A stretch of 64,000 bases of DNA from Iphione sp. A-MEVVRFRX5 (lineage: Eukaryota). The DNA is taken from NCBI GenBank assembly GCA_976226885.1, contig OZ320319.1:31124001-31188000 (forward strand). Reading direction: 5' to 3'. The position numbers and the translations under genes are program-made. Positions 1 through 11,039 of this stretch are shown one piece after another (position 1 is the first letter of the stretch; each line of letters opens with the position of its first letter). The notes under the pieces are model-generated. The model was not told the DNA's origin. It searched no databases and saw only the letters and a program-made list of their open reading frames with translations.

Positions 1-894
1 TCATTATCTTTTTCGATACGAGTAGCTTCGGGTATACTGATTATATGAAGGAAGTTGTCCTCATTGCATGATAAGAGTAGAAATGGAAACTTGTTTAAAA
101 GGAATGCGATACACCTGTTGCATTATATCTATACATAAAGATTGTGCTATATTAAAAGGGTATTAATCTATTTAAAATCAACTTTACTTTTGCTACAGTG
201 TATCAATGTGAAATACAAAGTACATGTACTGCTTCTTAACCTTTACAATCGTGCGACGGAGGATACAATGACACTGCCGGAAAAGTAATTGGTGGAATGA
301 CTTGCTATCCGCCGATGTCCAACTTTATAGAATTCGTCTGATAGCGTTGACAGTCGCTAGAAATTAGAGGTAACTATTATTTCCGCTTGCCAAATATGCA
401 TATCTTTCTACGATACATGCTACTCAACACCTATACTTTCAAGTATGATAAGCTGACCTGGAGGGAGAGATAAGGTCCGAGTATTCGCAGGCATAGACTT
501 CACATCACATGGTTGAGGGGCGTGAGCAAAGATTTTGTCATATCGGCGTCAGTTGGTGACAAAGCAAAAAAAATCTTCCTTCAAGTATATCATTCAGAAA
601 GGCTGTTGTTGGTCTACAATAAAACGTAGCCTTATGATCTCCGACCATCCGTTTTACACGTGTTACAAACTGAGAAAATTACGCAATCAACCTTATCTAA
701 CAGTTGATCTGTAAATCTTGGTCAAAACAAATACATGCACCGAGTAGTTATCTTTGTCCAAGACGTGTCGCAGTAGGCTTGTATTGATCAGACTCATGGT
801 ATACATATTCACTCCAGTTCGTGAGAATGATGACTTGTGGTGTGATTTGGCCTTCAGGCTGAGTTTGGGTGAAAGCGTTACCTGAGCAGTAGCC

Positions 895-997
895 ATGGCA
901 GACAAAGATGTCTTGGTTAATGCCATAGACGGAGACCAAGTTTTGGACGCCGAGTTAGAGAATACAGACGCGCACGGGGAACATGGGAAGAAGAAAG
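895..997 (+). CDS. SLC17-like exon 1 (MADKDVLVNAIDGDQVLDAELENTDAHGEHGKKK)
   Basis: GCCATGG start; donor G|GTAATA at 998; phase 1 joins exon 2 as GCT. Confidence 0.8.
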
Positions 998-1526
998 GTA
1001 ATATTATTCATAAATACCCTGATACATGATTAACTCTTTCGTTCCTGTTGACGATGAGTACGCATGTACTTCCTTATAGATAAATGTTAGTGTTTTGCTT
1101 TAGAGTCCTATTGCTTATGGACTATTCGAAGTGACTAAAAGTAAAATGCTGTTCGAACATGTACAAACGCGCGAGCTGTATGTGGTCATGGATGTGTTGT
1201 ATTATGAATACCTCATCCCCGACGTTATACTTTGTTTTCTCTATAAGCTTTGTTTCCTTGCTACATACCACGCCGATATGTGGTGACACTGCTGCTCTTT
1301 CTGGGCACCTTCAACTCCTTTGCTGTTCGTGTCAACTTCAACGTTGCCCTTGTTGTGATGGTTAACTACACTGAAACTGCATCGGAAAACTCGACTGACT
1401 ACTGCCCCGGGAACAGCAACTTTGGCAATGGAACAAATACAGAGGTAAGATGGTTCATAATGCAAGAACAATGCGAGACTACGCTGTGGGATTAGGCTTG
1501 TGAGTGCGGGCATTGATGTATACGAA

Positions 1527-1579
<53 letters not shown>

Positions 1580-4500
1580 AAACACTATCAAAACATGGAC
1601 GCATTTTTATTATTGAATCGATTATTTAATATAGCAATTCCACATCCGTAGGCCAAAGGCTCATTCAACTGGTCCCCAACTATGCAAAGTGTCCTGCTCG
1701 CAGCGTATTACTACGGCTACCCAGCCATTCAACCATTCGCCGGCGTGCTCGCTGAAAAGTATGGCTCCAAGAAGCTCATTCTTATATGTGGACTGACGGG
1801 TGCAGTCTGTAATCTACTCTTACCCGTCGTCGCTGAATGGAATGTCTATGCACTCCTAGTATTGAGAGTACTACTGGGTGTCGGATTGGTAAGCAGAAAT
1901 AATTCAAATTATGGCATTGCATTTCTGCTTTCAAGAGTAGTGAATTTCCAAGGAATATCAATGTGTATTATTGCCGTGAATACGTTAATGAAAGGGTATC
2001 ATGTATCATCTATCAGCGGAATAACATGCATGCATATAATTAAAGGATGGGATGTAAAGTAAAATGCCATGAATACATTTAATGAAATGGTGTGATCTAT
2101 AAAGTGATCTAAAGTCTCGAATACATATGATCAAACCCTGTGATGTAAGGTGAAATGCCATGAATAACATTTAATAAATGGATGACATTGTTCACTTAGG
2201 GTCCTTTTTGGCCTTCGATGGCTGCCATGATTGCTCGTTGGTCTCCCAAATCGGAACGTACCAAGACATTTGCCTTTTGCAACTCAGGTTGTACAGTTTG
2301 GCTATCTGTATAGAGGATTGTACCTAGTCTTTAGGATCTAAAAGCTGTACATTCATGATGGAAACTTCTCGTAGCTGCGCAAGTAATTAATGATAACATT
2401 TTTGGCATCGTAGGTCTCTACATAGGAACTGTCGTCTCCCAGAGTGTGACAGGGGCACTGTGTTCGACTAACTTCTTAAACGGATGGCCTGCTACATTCT
2501 ACCTCTTCGGTTGGTATGAGGGTCTAACTACAGGGAGGGGGTTCGTAGGGTTCGGACTAACCCTTCTCACGCAGAGCGGTTCCACCTAGATAATAGTAAC
2601 TTGATATTGTGAAAGTGGGGTGTTTAAATGTTTCACAATTTACTTACCGTCCCCGTTTATAATAACACAACAGAAATATTTGAATGGTAGTAACAGAAAG
2701 CTTTTCTATAAATAACTGCAGTTAATTAAGAGTTCTACCCGAAGGTAAAATGACGCCTACCACCATTCCTTTTAATTAACAAGTGATCATGTTTATATCC
2801 TTCATCTAAGAATTATCTGGTTGCAATTAGAAACTTATCCAGATGAGTTTCAAAATAGAAACGCTGTGCCACCCTCCCCCCCCGCAAAAAAAAAGAAATT
2901 GCAGAAAACTACTATGCGCTGACGTTTCCCACTTTAGGACTAGTGAGTTTGCTGTGGACGGCAGCATTCTGGTTGCTAACAACCGACACTCCTGCACAGC
3001 ATCCATCGATAAGTGTGGAAGAACGGACACTCATCGAAAGCAGTGCGGGCGATATAAAGGTGCATGTAATTATATTACGCCCCATATCCAGTGGATTGCC
3101 ACACACTACTGTTTACTTTTAATTAACGTCGTAGGATAATATTGTACACATATATTTCATTTGTGAGACATATTGCAACGGTTTCCATGTCATTAGTAAT
3201 AATCGAATAGGAAACATTTTTTGCTCATACACAGTGTGCTAATAATAGCGATTAAAACAGTATTAAAAGAATAGGTTCGAGAATACCTGCTGACTCTCAC
3301 AGTACTTAGAGAACGGTACGCATTTTCCTTTTTTTGATTATACATGTATGCCTTTCAACCTTTCAGTATAGAAAACCACCCTATGGAAAAATTATCAGAT
3401 CCTTGCCAGTTTGGAGCTTCTTCATAGTTTTGTTGATGGACATTACAGCTTACGATATAATATTCACTTACCTGCCTTTGTATATGAAGCGGGTCCTCAA
3501 ATACGACATCCTTGCTGTAAGTCTCCTGTTTCAATGCTTCTAAATTAACGTATCGCTGGGGAGCCCAAAGTTGTCTAGTACCTATTAATGAAGATAGGTT
3601 TGATTAGCGTAAATGAAGCAGTTGACATAATGACCGGCGCCAATAGAAACGGTAACATTGGCATGTCCATTTCAGCATCGTTAAATCATGTCATTTAAGT
3701 GATCGTTTAATTGTAGTTTTCATACTCAGCGGTCTGTCATTAATTTTATCATCATGTAAGTCCGTCCGTGGACATGAGTAAACAACGAATATGATAATTT
3801 CTTCATGAATCATAAAATCTGAAAGTGCATGATCTTTTCTTAAGCCTTTATAAATACCAAGCATAAGCAGAGGCAGAGTTCCTCCCCGTCAATAAAGGTT
3901 TTATCCGATATTATAGTTTTTAAATTATATTTAATGAAAATGTGGATGTTTAAATCAGAGATGTACTTCTTCAACTGCCCAAACTTTATTTTGGTACACA
4001 CCATGTATCGCACAATGAAAAGGTATGGCAAGTCTATGTCCAGTTTCCCTTCCAGAGTGGTGGGCTGGCGTCAGTCCCGTATGTCCTGTCATTCTTTATT
4101 ACCTACCTTTCCGGCTACACTGCTGACTTGATCAGAAATAAAGGTTTCCTGGGCACCATGTGGATTCGACGCATATATACCATACTAGGTAAACGCATCA
4201 CAGAAAAAGGAAATCACTCAGTTCATTTGCAATGTAGTGTCTTACAAGGTGGCTATACATATACTATAAATAAATGAGTGATATAAATGTATATGAAGTC
4301 GGATGAATATTCAAATAAACTAAAATTAATGGTGACATACAGTTATACCAGAACCTAATAGGCAATATCAAACTGTGTACTAACAAAAATGTTTCATCCA
4401 AAGTCCTATAAGTACTACGATTAAAAAGAACCTGCGAAATCAATCTTGTAAAAGAAAATGTTGTATTTGAATAACTGTTATCAATATTACTAAGGCACGT

Positions 4501-5618
4501 GGGTTTATAGTAGTTCATTACGAGGAAAGAAAATTATGAATGGCTTTGGGAAATTCCTAAAATGTACCATAGTGATGAAATCCCATTTTTATCGTTTTTA
4601 TAGGGGAAATGTTGCCTTCACTGTGCCTGCTCATCATCACTTTCTTAAACTGTGAAAGAGATCTGGTCGTTGTCTTTTTCATCTTGTGTGTCTCTTTGAC
4701 CGGTATCAACAATGGTGGATTTAATGTTTGCATGTTCGACATAGCTCCACAATTCGCAGGTATTATAAAGGAAGATTTTAGACTCTAGAGGATTTGTATA
4801 GTTAGTAACATCAGTTACATAAGGTTTGGATGTTTCGAAGATAACTGCTTTTTGTTTTAACAGGAACGATATATGGACCGGTCAATGGCCTTTCCAACAT
4901 CGGTGGCTTTGTTGGTCCACTTGCTGTTGGAGCAATCACGAGCAATTCGGTTGGTACCATAAATCATATACATGTATCGACTAAGGTACAAAGGTGGATG
5001 TGTGTCTGGATATTTTGCCATAGAGATTGTTTTCTGAATCCCCCTCTCTTTGCCGATCTTTACTACCTCGTTCAGAGAGACGAGTAAATACTGCCTACAT
5101 ATGAAAAAAAATATTGCTCGTCCCCGGTGTTATCGTGTACCACACCGCTTCCTTTTAACGTCGCATTGCATACTTTGTCAACGTTTGCATTCTTATATTA
5201 AACATACCAAAGATGGACTACACAGTCCATTAGATCTGCGCCACTTTCTGCCACTTTATAACTACTTACACCTACATGATTGTGTGGCTCTTGTATGTAA
5301 TTTTCCTTACGTTATTGGATGGACTTTATTTGGAACACTTTTTTTGTACATACATTTAGAATATTCTAATATGTCGTCTGTACGGGGCAGTGAATTTATC
5401 CTGATGCTAATTTGTAGGGTGATGTCACCTCATGGCATGGTGTCTTCTACATGGCCATCGGCCTGTACAGCTTCGGAACCATATTCTACTGTGTGTTCGG
5501 CTCTTCGGAAGTTCAGCCATGGGCTCGGCCAACGCTGGCAGAGGACAACGGTGGCGACACCAGGCGGATCACTGACGAGCACGGGAGGACATCTGGCGAA
5601 AATGACGACAAGTTTTAG
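895..5618 (+). CDS. SLC17A5: SLC17 family (sialin-like) MFS anion transporter, 11 coding exons, 522 aa
   Basis: Spliced by hand: 895-997, 1248-1444, 1652-1888, 2200-2287, 2414-2509, 2938-3059, 3367-3516, 4056-4188, 4604-4759, 4864-4949, 5418-5618. All introns are GT..AG with matching phases; total 1569 nt = 522 aa + TAG. Start is in GCCATGG context. SLC17 motifs: RRYVV..LFLG..N.FAVRVNFNVALV, FNWSP..QS.LL.AYYYGY, W.PK.ERT, GWP..FY.FG, DTP..HP.IS.EE, DIAP.FAG..YG..N, W..VF, FGS.EVQPWA. The symbol denotes the family (sialin-like), not proven orthology. Confidence 0.93.
1248..1444 (+). CDS. SLC17-like exon 2 (TM1 and glycosylated luminal loop)
   Basis: Acceptor ttctctataAG|; LFPCYIPRRYVVTLLLFLGTFNSFAVRVNFNVALVVMVNYTE..NGTNTE; donor GAG|GTAAGA. 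Confidence 0.9.
1527..1579. repeat. Compound (AT)n(AG)n microsatellite in an SLC17 intron
   Basis: About 13 AT units followed directly by about 13 AG units. Confidence 0.95.
1652..1888 (+). CDS. SLC17-like exon 3
   Basis: ccgtAG|; AKGSFNWSPTMQSVLLAAYYYGYP..LRVLLGVGL; |GTAAGC. Confidence 0.92.
2051..2181 (+). repeat. ~40-bp imperfect direct repeat in an intron
   Basis: gatgtaaagtaaaatgccatgaatacatttaatgaaatgg (2051-2090) versus gatgtaaggtgaaatgccatgaataacatttaataaatgg (~2142-2181). Confidence 0.8.
2200..2287 (+). CDS. SLC17-like exon 4
   Basis: cacttAG|; GPFWPSMAAMIARWSPKSERTKTFAFCNS; |GTTGTA. Confidence 0.9.
2414..2509 (+). CDS. SLC17-like exon 5
   Basis: tcgtAG|; GLYIGTVVSQSVTGALCSTNFLNGWPATFYLF; |GTTGGT. 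Confidence 0.9.
2938..3059 (+). CDS. SLC17-like exon 6
   Basis: actttAG|; GLVSLLWTAAFWLLTTDTPAQHPSISVEERTLIESSAGDIK; |GTGCAT. Confidence 0.9.
3367..3516 (+). CDS. SLC17-like exon 7
   Basis: tttcAG|; YRKPPYGKIIRSLPVWSFFIVLLMDITAYDIIFTYLPLYMKRVLKYDILA; |GTAAGT. Confidence 0.92.
4056..4188 (+). CDS. SLC17-like exon 8
   Basis: ttccAG|; SGGLASVPYVLSFFITYLSGYTADLIRNKGFLGTMWIRRIYTIL; |GTAAAC. Confidence 0.92.
4604..4759 (+). CDS. SLC17-like exon 9
   Basis: ttttatAG|; GEMLPSLCLLIITFLNCERDLVVVFFILCVSLTGINNGGFNVCMFDIAPQFA; |GTATTA. Confidence 0.92.
4864..4949 (+). CDS. SLC17-like exon 10
   Basis: ttaacAG|; GTIYGPVNGLSNIGGFVGPLAVGAITSNS; |GTTGGT. Confidence 0.9.
5418..5618 (+). CDS. SLC17-like exon 11 (terminal)
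   Basis: tttgtAG|; GDVTSWHGVFYMAIGLYSFGTIFYCVFGSSEVQPWARPT...DDKF*. Confidence 0.92.
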   Translation, partial: GDVTSWHGVFYMAIGLYSFGTIFYCVFGSSEVQPWARPTLAEDNGGDTRRITDEHGRTSGENDDKF

Positions 5619-6099
5619 AATGAATCGGAGTGCAAGTGGGTATCCTCCTCGGACAGGAGGATGTGGTTCAGGACGAGTGCAATGATATTTCTTGAGTGGG
5701 ATATCCTCATGTGGAACAACCCCGAAGGTGTTACTTACTTATACAGCTGTGATTTCTGTTGTGTTTTAAAGTACTGCTTTGCATTCCTTTATGTTATACA
5801 TGTACACAACAGGAGCCTGGAAACATTATGTGCACCTCTGCGATGAAATTGTAACTTTTCGCTTTATTCCCATAAGTATGTAATTCAACCACCTATGGAT
5901 GCATATTTCCAAAAATAATCCCATATTTGTTATTTAAAATCTACAAAAGCAAATCAATTTCACAAGAAACTGAAAAGTCAAGCTGGCTACAAGTTCTCGC
6001 TGCTTAACGTGTGTGACAGCTTAGATCATAAGAGTACCGTATAGAGTAGCACTATAAGGTCCTTTTCTGGGCAGTTCGAGGTATATTGTTGAAGTTGTA

Positions 6100-8050
6100 T
6101 TCATGATTTATAACTGTAACTCATTTTCCTTTGTAAAAATTCAATCTAATTTTGCTGCAAACAGTATGGCTCTTTTTTCCTAGAAGCCCAATTTCTCTTG
6201 TTGGAGTCCTATCTCCTATCTTGACTATAGATCTGGTGGTGAACAATCAATATGAAACTGGAAGAAAATGCTCGAATTTTAACATAGTTAAAGGTTTTAT
6301 ATAGGATAGCAGCCGCAATTTCAGTCAAAGCTAATAGTGTAGCCAAACTGTTACGATTATGTGTATTTCTAAAAGAAATTAAATATAATGTAAATAAGTT
6401 ATCAATAAAGGACATGGAAACTCAATGATTCTGGTGTCAAGACTGTTTATTCCTTCTGAGCATCCAGTTTGATAGGCTCACACAGAGGTAGCTAGCCAAT
6501 CAAAAGCTTAGGTTAGCAGATCAACCAATCAGGGTAGAGTCCTATACCCTGTTACAATGTTGCATATCAAAAGAACATAATCTACCAAGCAATTCTGACA
6601 TTCTGCCTTAATACAATGTAATACAATGTAATAACCTTTGCAATGTGGCTCTTAACCAAAAGGGGCTTATCCCCCATATAAGGAGTGGTGGGGTGATCTG
6701 TATTCAATCAATCAGGTTGTTGTGGGTAAATAAGGGACATGGAGCAACTTTAGAAACACCAATCACAAGGCAGGTACACTCAGTGGCAATTTCTCTGATG
6801 TCACCAGTGTGGTGTGCTGTGTGGTCTTACTCTTGAGGTGGTGCATTGAATATAATTGAAGATCGTATTTCAGTGCTTCTATGAATACATGTTTTAATCA
6901 AAAGTCTATGCTGACATAAACATATCATAATCTATTAAATGTACATTCTTTCAATGCGTTTACTTCATTCTGTGAAGGAAGAAACAGGGGAAATGATATT
7001 CTTTTCTGATTACTTCCGCTTTATGCAAGTTTCCTGATTAGTTACACTATATTTTGTAATAGGTAGCTTATCACTTACTATAAAAAGCATTCACGAATTC
7101 TCTTATAGGCAACCTAATAACGTATTCTGAATTCTCTTCATCACAGTATTTAGTTGTGAAGTGTATGTTTTAAATTCTAGGAAACACAAGGGACCCCGTA
7201 AAAGAACTTATCTGTCCAGCGAATGAAGGTGGAATTGAAGATGTGGATTGTATTAATAACCCTTTGCTTAAAAATACTGACTGTTACCTCAACATGTTTG
7301 GAGCTATGTTCGATTCCATACACTGAGAACATCTATGATTGCCTTTGAGCAGTAAAAGTATAACATGATTAAAGCACAATAATAAGAAAGCAAACGATCA
7401 AGAAACGGTCAGCCCCGCTCAACCGATCCCGAAACTGTATACAAAATTCCCCAGTAAACCGTCTACATTTTACCGACAGCAATAGTGGTTCCAATTATAG
7501 GTAATGTTTAACTGAACCACGTATTTTGCTATTCATATGGCTTTACACCCTCATCCGGCAACCAGTGCTGTCTGTAAGTACTTACATAATATGGCACACT
7601 TTAGTGAGACAAATGAAGAATCACGCCTGTGAATTTTTATGTCTTCTGCCTAATACCGAGAAGCCATGACAGGTGTGATTTGCAAAATGTAGTTAGGAAT
7701 TATCTCTTTAAATATTTTAGTGAAACACAATGAAAAACGATTGTACTGCGAGTGCATCATTATGTTCACAACCTTCAATTCTGTCAGATGGCTACCTTTC
7801 AAATACATGTACGACAGGAACGATTGAAAGGGGTCATTGCGCTCTGCTATATTGGATTTCCTCTGCAACAACCGATTCTACTACACATGTATTACAAATA
7901 TCAACTGTGCGTAAGTCCTCAAACTGAGGTGTTACTTAATCTTGGCTATGACTGGTTACCCTGGCTTCGATACGATTAGGTAAAAAACATTACAAAGTCT
8001 ACTTCCAGCAAGATATCTTGAAGGTCAATAACCAAAAGCTTCACGATTAA
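6100..8050 (-). pseudogene. Possible decayed Toll-like (LRR-TM-TIR) gene remnant
   Basis: On the minus strand, across stops and frameshifts: LRR-like PQFEDLRTVDICNT and HLTELKVVNI, LRR-CT-like QLNITYNWNHYCC, a hydrophobic stretch SFAFLLLCFNHVILLLL, then TIR box1-like DYDMFMS (~6915-6935). By-eye recognition only. Confidence 0.35.
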
Positions 8051-8417
8051 GGGTCGGTTTGCTTACATGAGTTGATGTCTGTGTGCATTCCCTTCCATTT
8101 CCCTTCCATTCCCATCCATTTTTATGGAGTCAGTGATATCTATTGTAGGGTGTCATTTGATTGTGTCCTTTTCCATCATATTTGTCATCATTTTTGCAGC
8201 TTTTAGCATCATCTTCAACCCTTTTTATCATTTTGGTCACCATTCACAGACACAAACGCATAGTTCACAAAACAAATCAATTCACACCCGTGTGCGCTGA
8301 GGTGTGTGCTTGGAAAACACATGTAAAATGCATGGTAACGCACATGGAAGACAAACACATGGAAAATGCATGGAAATGCATTGAAACGCATGGCAACACA
8401 GGCAAGGAAACTGGCCC
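8051..8417. mobile_element. MITE, TIR GGG(C/T)CAGTTTCCTTAC family (PIF/Harbinger-like)
   Basis: Left TAA|gggtcggtttgcttacatg; right caggcaaggaaactggccc|TTA; non-coding AT-rich interior. Confidence 0.75.
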
Positions 8418-8754
8418 TTATTCCTACATACTGTGAAAGACGGACTCTCACTCTCCCATTGGCAGGCACAACCTAGACGTTTTCCTCAAGATAACAGATT
8501 CTTCTCAGTCTTCACCTATCTTTGGTAATAAAGAAAAAGAAGTAATGGGATGAATATTATGCGAATATCTGTTTAGAGACCACATCTGGTTTTACGTCTT
8601 TTCCAGACTGTTATTCCTTCTTAATGGACATGTTTTAGATTCATAAAGATGTTGTGTCAACCCTCGTGATACAAGAACGTCCAGGGGTGGGTTAACAATG
8701 GCCACAAACTGATACTGTCGTGTAGGAAGACAGATACAATGAAAAGACAACTGA

Positions 8755-9272
8755 GGCCCAGTTCCTTACCTGGGTTGCCCGCCCATTGTGTTTGTGTGCA
8801 TTTTTATTGCACCGGTTAATTTCATTTAAGGGTGTCTAATCCTTGCATGTGCTTTGAGGTGTGTTGGGATGCATTAGTCATCCATTGTTCATCATTGAGC
8901 AATGCCTTATACTACACAAAGTTACCAATGGACAGTAATATGCATAAGATTATCTCTGAAACAGCTGAAAAAATGAGCACATTACCACATATTTATTAAC
9001 TTTTTTTTCAATTCTGCATATCTATGCACTTGTCTGTACATTTCCATGCAATTCTCATACTTTTCCAAGTGAAAGTTGCTATATTTACCTGCTATTCTCA
9101 TTAAATTGGCCAGTGTTCATACCTCTCCTGCAGCTCTCGTAAAGCTCTCATGCACTGTCAAAAGACACCCTGTGGGGCTACATGAACCTGCGTGAAGAAC
9201 AAAACGCATGTTAACACACACAGAAGTCTAATGCAACCTCATGGAGAGCAACACAAGTTAGGAGACTGGACC
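8755..9272. mobile_element. MITE, same TIR family
   Basis: Left ggcccagttccttacctg; right caagttaggagactggacc|TAA; interior has the gacaccctgt motif shared with other copies. Confidence 0.7.
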
Positions 9273-9299
9273 TAAAAGTGATATGACATTCCGGCTAGT

Positions 9300-11000
9300 A
9301 GGATCTATTGGCACTATCAGTTACTCTGCTGCACAAGCCATAATGACGATATGATTTCATGGTTCGAGTAAATCAAAATTGTTGAAATATGGCTGGCAAA
9401 GAATACAATGCACATCAGGCGAGCAGGCCTCCGGGGTCTATTGACTGAGAGTATACCAGTCTCGTGCTCTGTACATCAGTCACGTAGTGCTCATGTTGCC
9501 TTGGGCCAACAGATATTATGAAACTATCGATTGCTGGTGCATCTTCCTATTCTCGTGTGTCGGGGTCGTGCCGTGCATCTTAGCACCTATGAAGATACAA
9601 GGCCGTGGGCGAACAGGCCACATGAAAATAGTGCATGATCGAAGAACAAAATCATCGGGTTCGTTGGTGAATAGGCCACAGGAGGACCATGAATGAGGGT
9701 AGAATGTGCTAAAGAATGTCCTTAATATACGTGTAGACGAAGGAAACTCCTGGTAGTCATCAATACTTATATTGTAAGCCGCCACCATCAGGCTACATAA
9801 AGGTGCTCGCTGAATCACAATCGCATCTACAAATATTCAATCTATGTTAATCCTCATTATATGTCAGAAGACGGTGACAGAAAGAGAGATCGGGGGGAAA
9901 GAATCTCATCATTGTTATGGGTGAATAGTGAGTTACCGGTTACTGTCAGTAAAGATACCACATGCCCATTCTGTAAGACCACATGAGGATTTTCGGTGTT
10001 AACCGCTGCGTCAGTGCTGCGTTTTTGGGTAGCTAGCTTCAAATGTCCAGTAGACTGCCATTGAGAAAATTCCTATAGGTGTGGTTTGGATGCCGTTGAA
10101 CAGGTTTGGCCCTTCTTTTGTCATTTGAAAAGCAAGAAAGCTGCATCAGAGGACTACCGGCCTGCTGATATAGTTGGTTTACCGAGGCAATTCGGCAAAC
10201 ACGGCACTGGAAAACAAGATTTAACTCTACACACATTACCATTCCAACTGTATCTGTGAGACTGCATATTTTGTTACCTTTACCTCATCTGCTTCCAAAT
10301 GACAGGGAAAGTATGGAGAACATAGGCAAGTAAGATCACAGAAATTGAAATGTCTGTAAGTAATAGGTTGATTATGCCACACATGTTACCACCTGAGGAG
10401 CTTCCCATTTACATGGCCTACCTATTAGAAGAGGTCTGACCCGGGATTCGTATTTCCTACTGATAATCTCTATTGTGCGGAGTGGTTCTGTGATGTTAGG
10501 CCACTTTTATCACTGATTACCTGCGTTTCCTTGTAGGACTGACTGTCCTGATACGAGGGGCGTCCCTATCCAAGATCCTGTGTCCTAAGGCCACTCACTC
10601 TCTACATGTCATCCAGTAGATAGAGCCGAAGGCCATGTTTTAAAAGTCATACAGTAGCATGTGGCCTCAGGCACATGTAATGAAGCACTTCAATTAAGAC
10701 GATTCCCACCATCAGGGGTGTCCTGATTGAAGTGGTCACCGTTCTCTCTCACACCTCCAAGATGATTCCCACTCTCAGAGTAACGCCAATTGAACTGGTC
10801 ACGCTCCTCTCTTTCACCTCTGAGCTGTCTTTTTGCAGGTGCTTACCCCTCTCACCACCAGCAGAAGTTCGATTGAAGTGTCCCTTTGGAGGCGCTTCAC
10901 CGTCCCGAGGTGTCCAAATAAGAGATGTCTAGAGGAATTATTTCCATTCCTAGTGATATTGTCCCAATTAGAGGCATGTCCCAATCCCGGATGCGTCCCT
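9300..11000 (-). mobile_element. Decayed DIRS/PAT-like (tyrosine-recombinase retrotransposon) RT remnant
   Basis: Minus-strand motifs in RT order: GHVNGKLLRW*HVW (cf. GGRL..F...W), PHVV..HVVSLLTV (cf. P.VV.PL.V), VAAYNISIDDYQEF (cf. KS.YHHI.I..D.Q.FLGF), and frameshifted T-A-(P)-CIF..VLR at ~9575-9612 (cf. LPFGLSTAPCIFTKVLR). Many stops. Confidence 0.5.
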
Positions 11001-11039
11001 TTGGACTGTACATGTATACACTAGATCTGGCGATTATGC

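Noticed and set aside
1682-2062. 126-aa ORF treated as a stand-alone gene
   Set aside because: It is exon 3 reading through into the intron; the protein similarity stops at the GTAAG donor at 1889
5050-5685. 211-aa ORF in the track
   Set aside because: It spans intron 10 and an alternative frame of SLC17 exon 11; no independent coding signal
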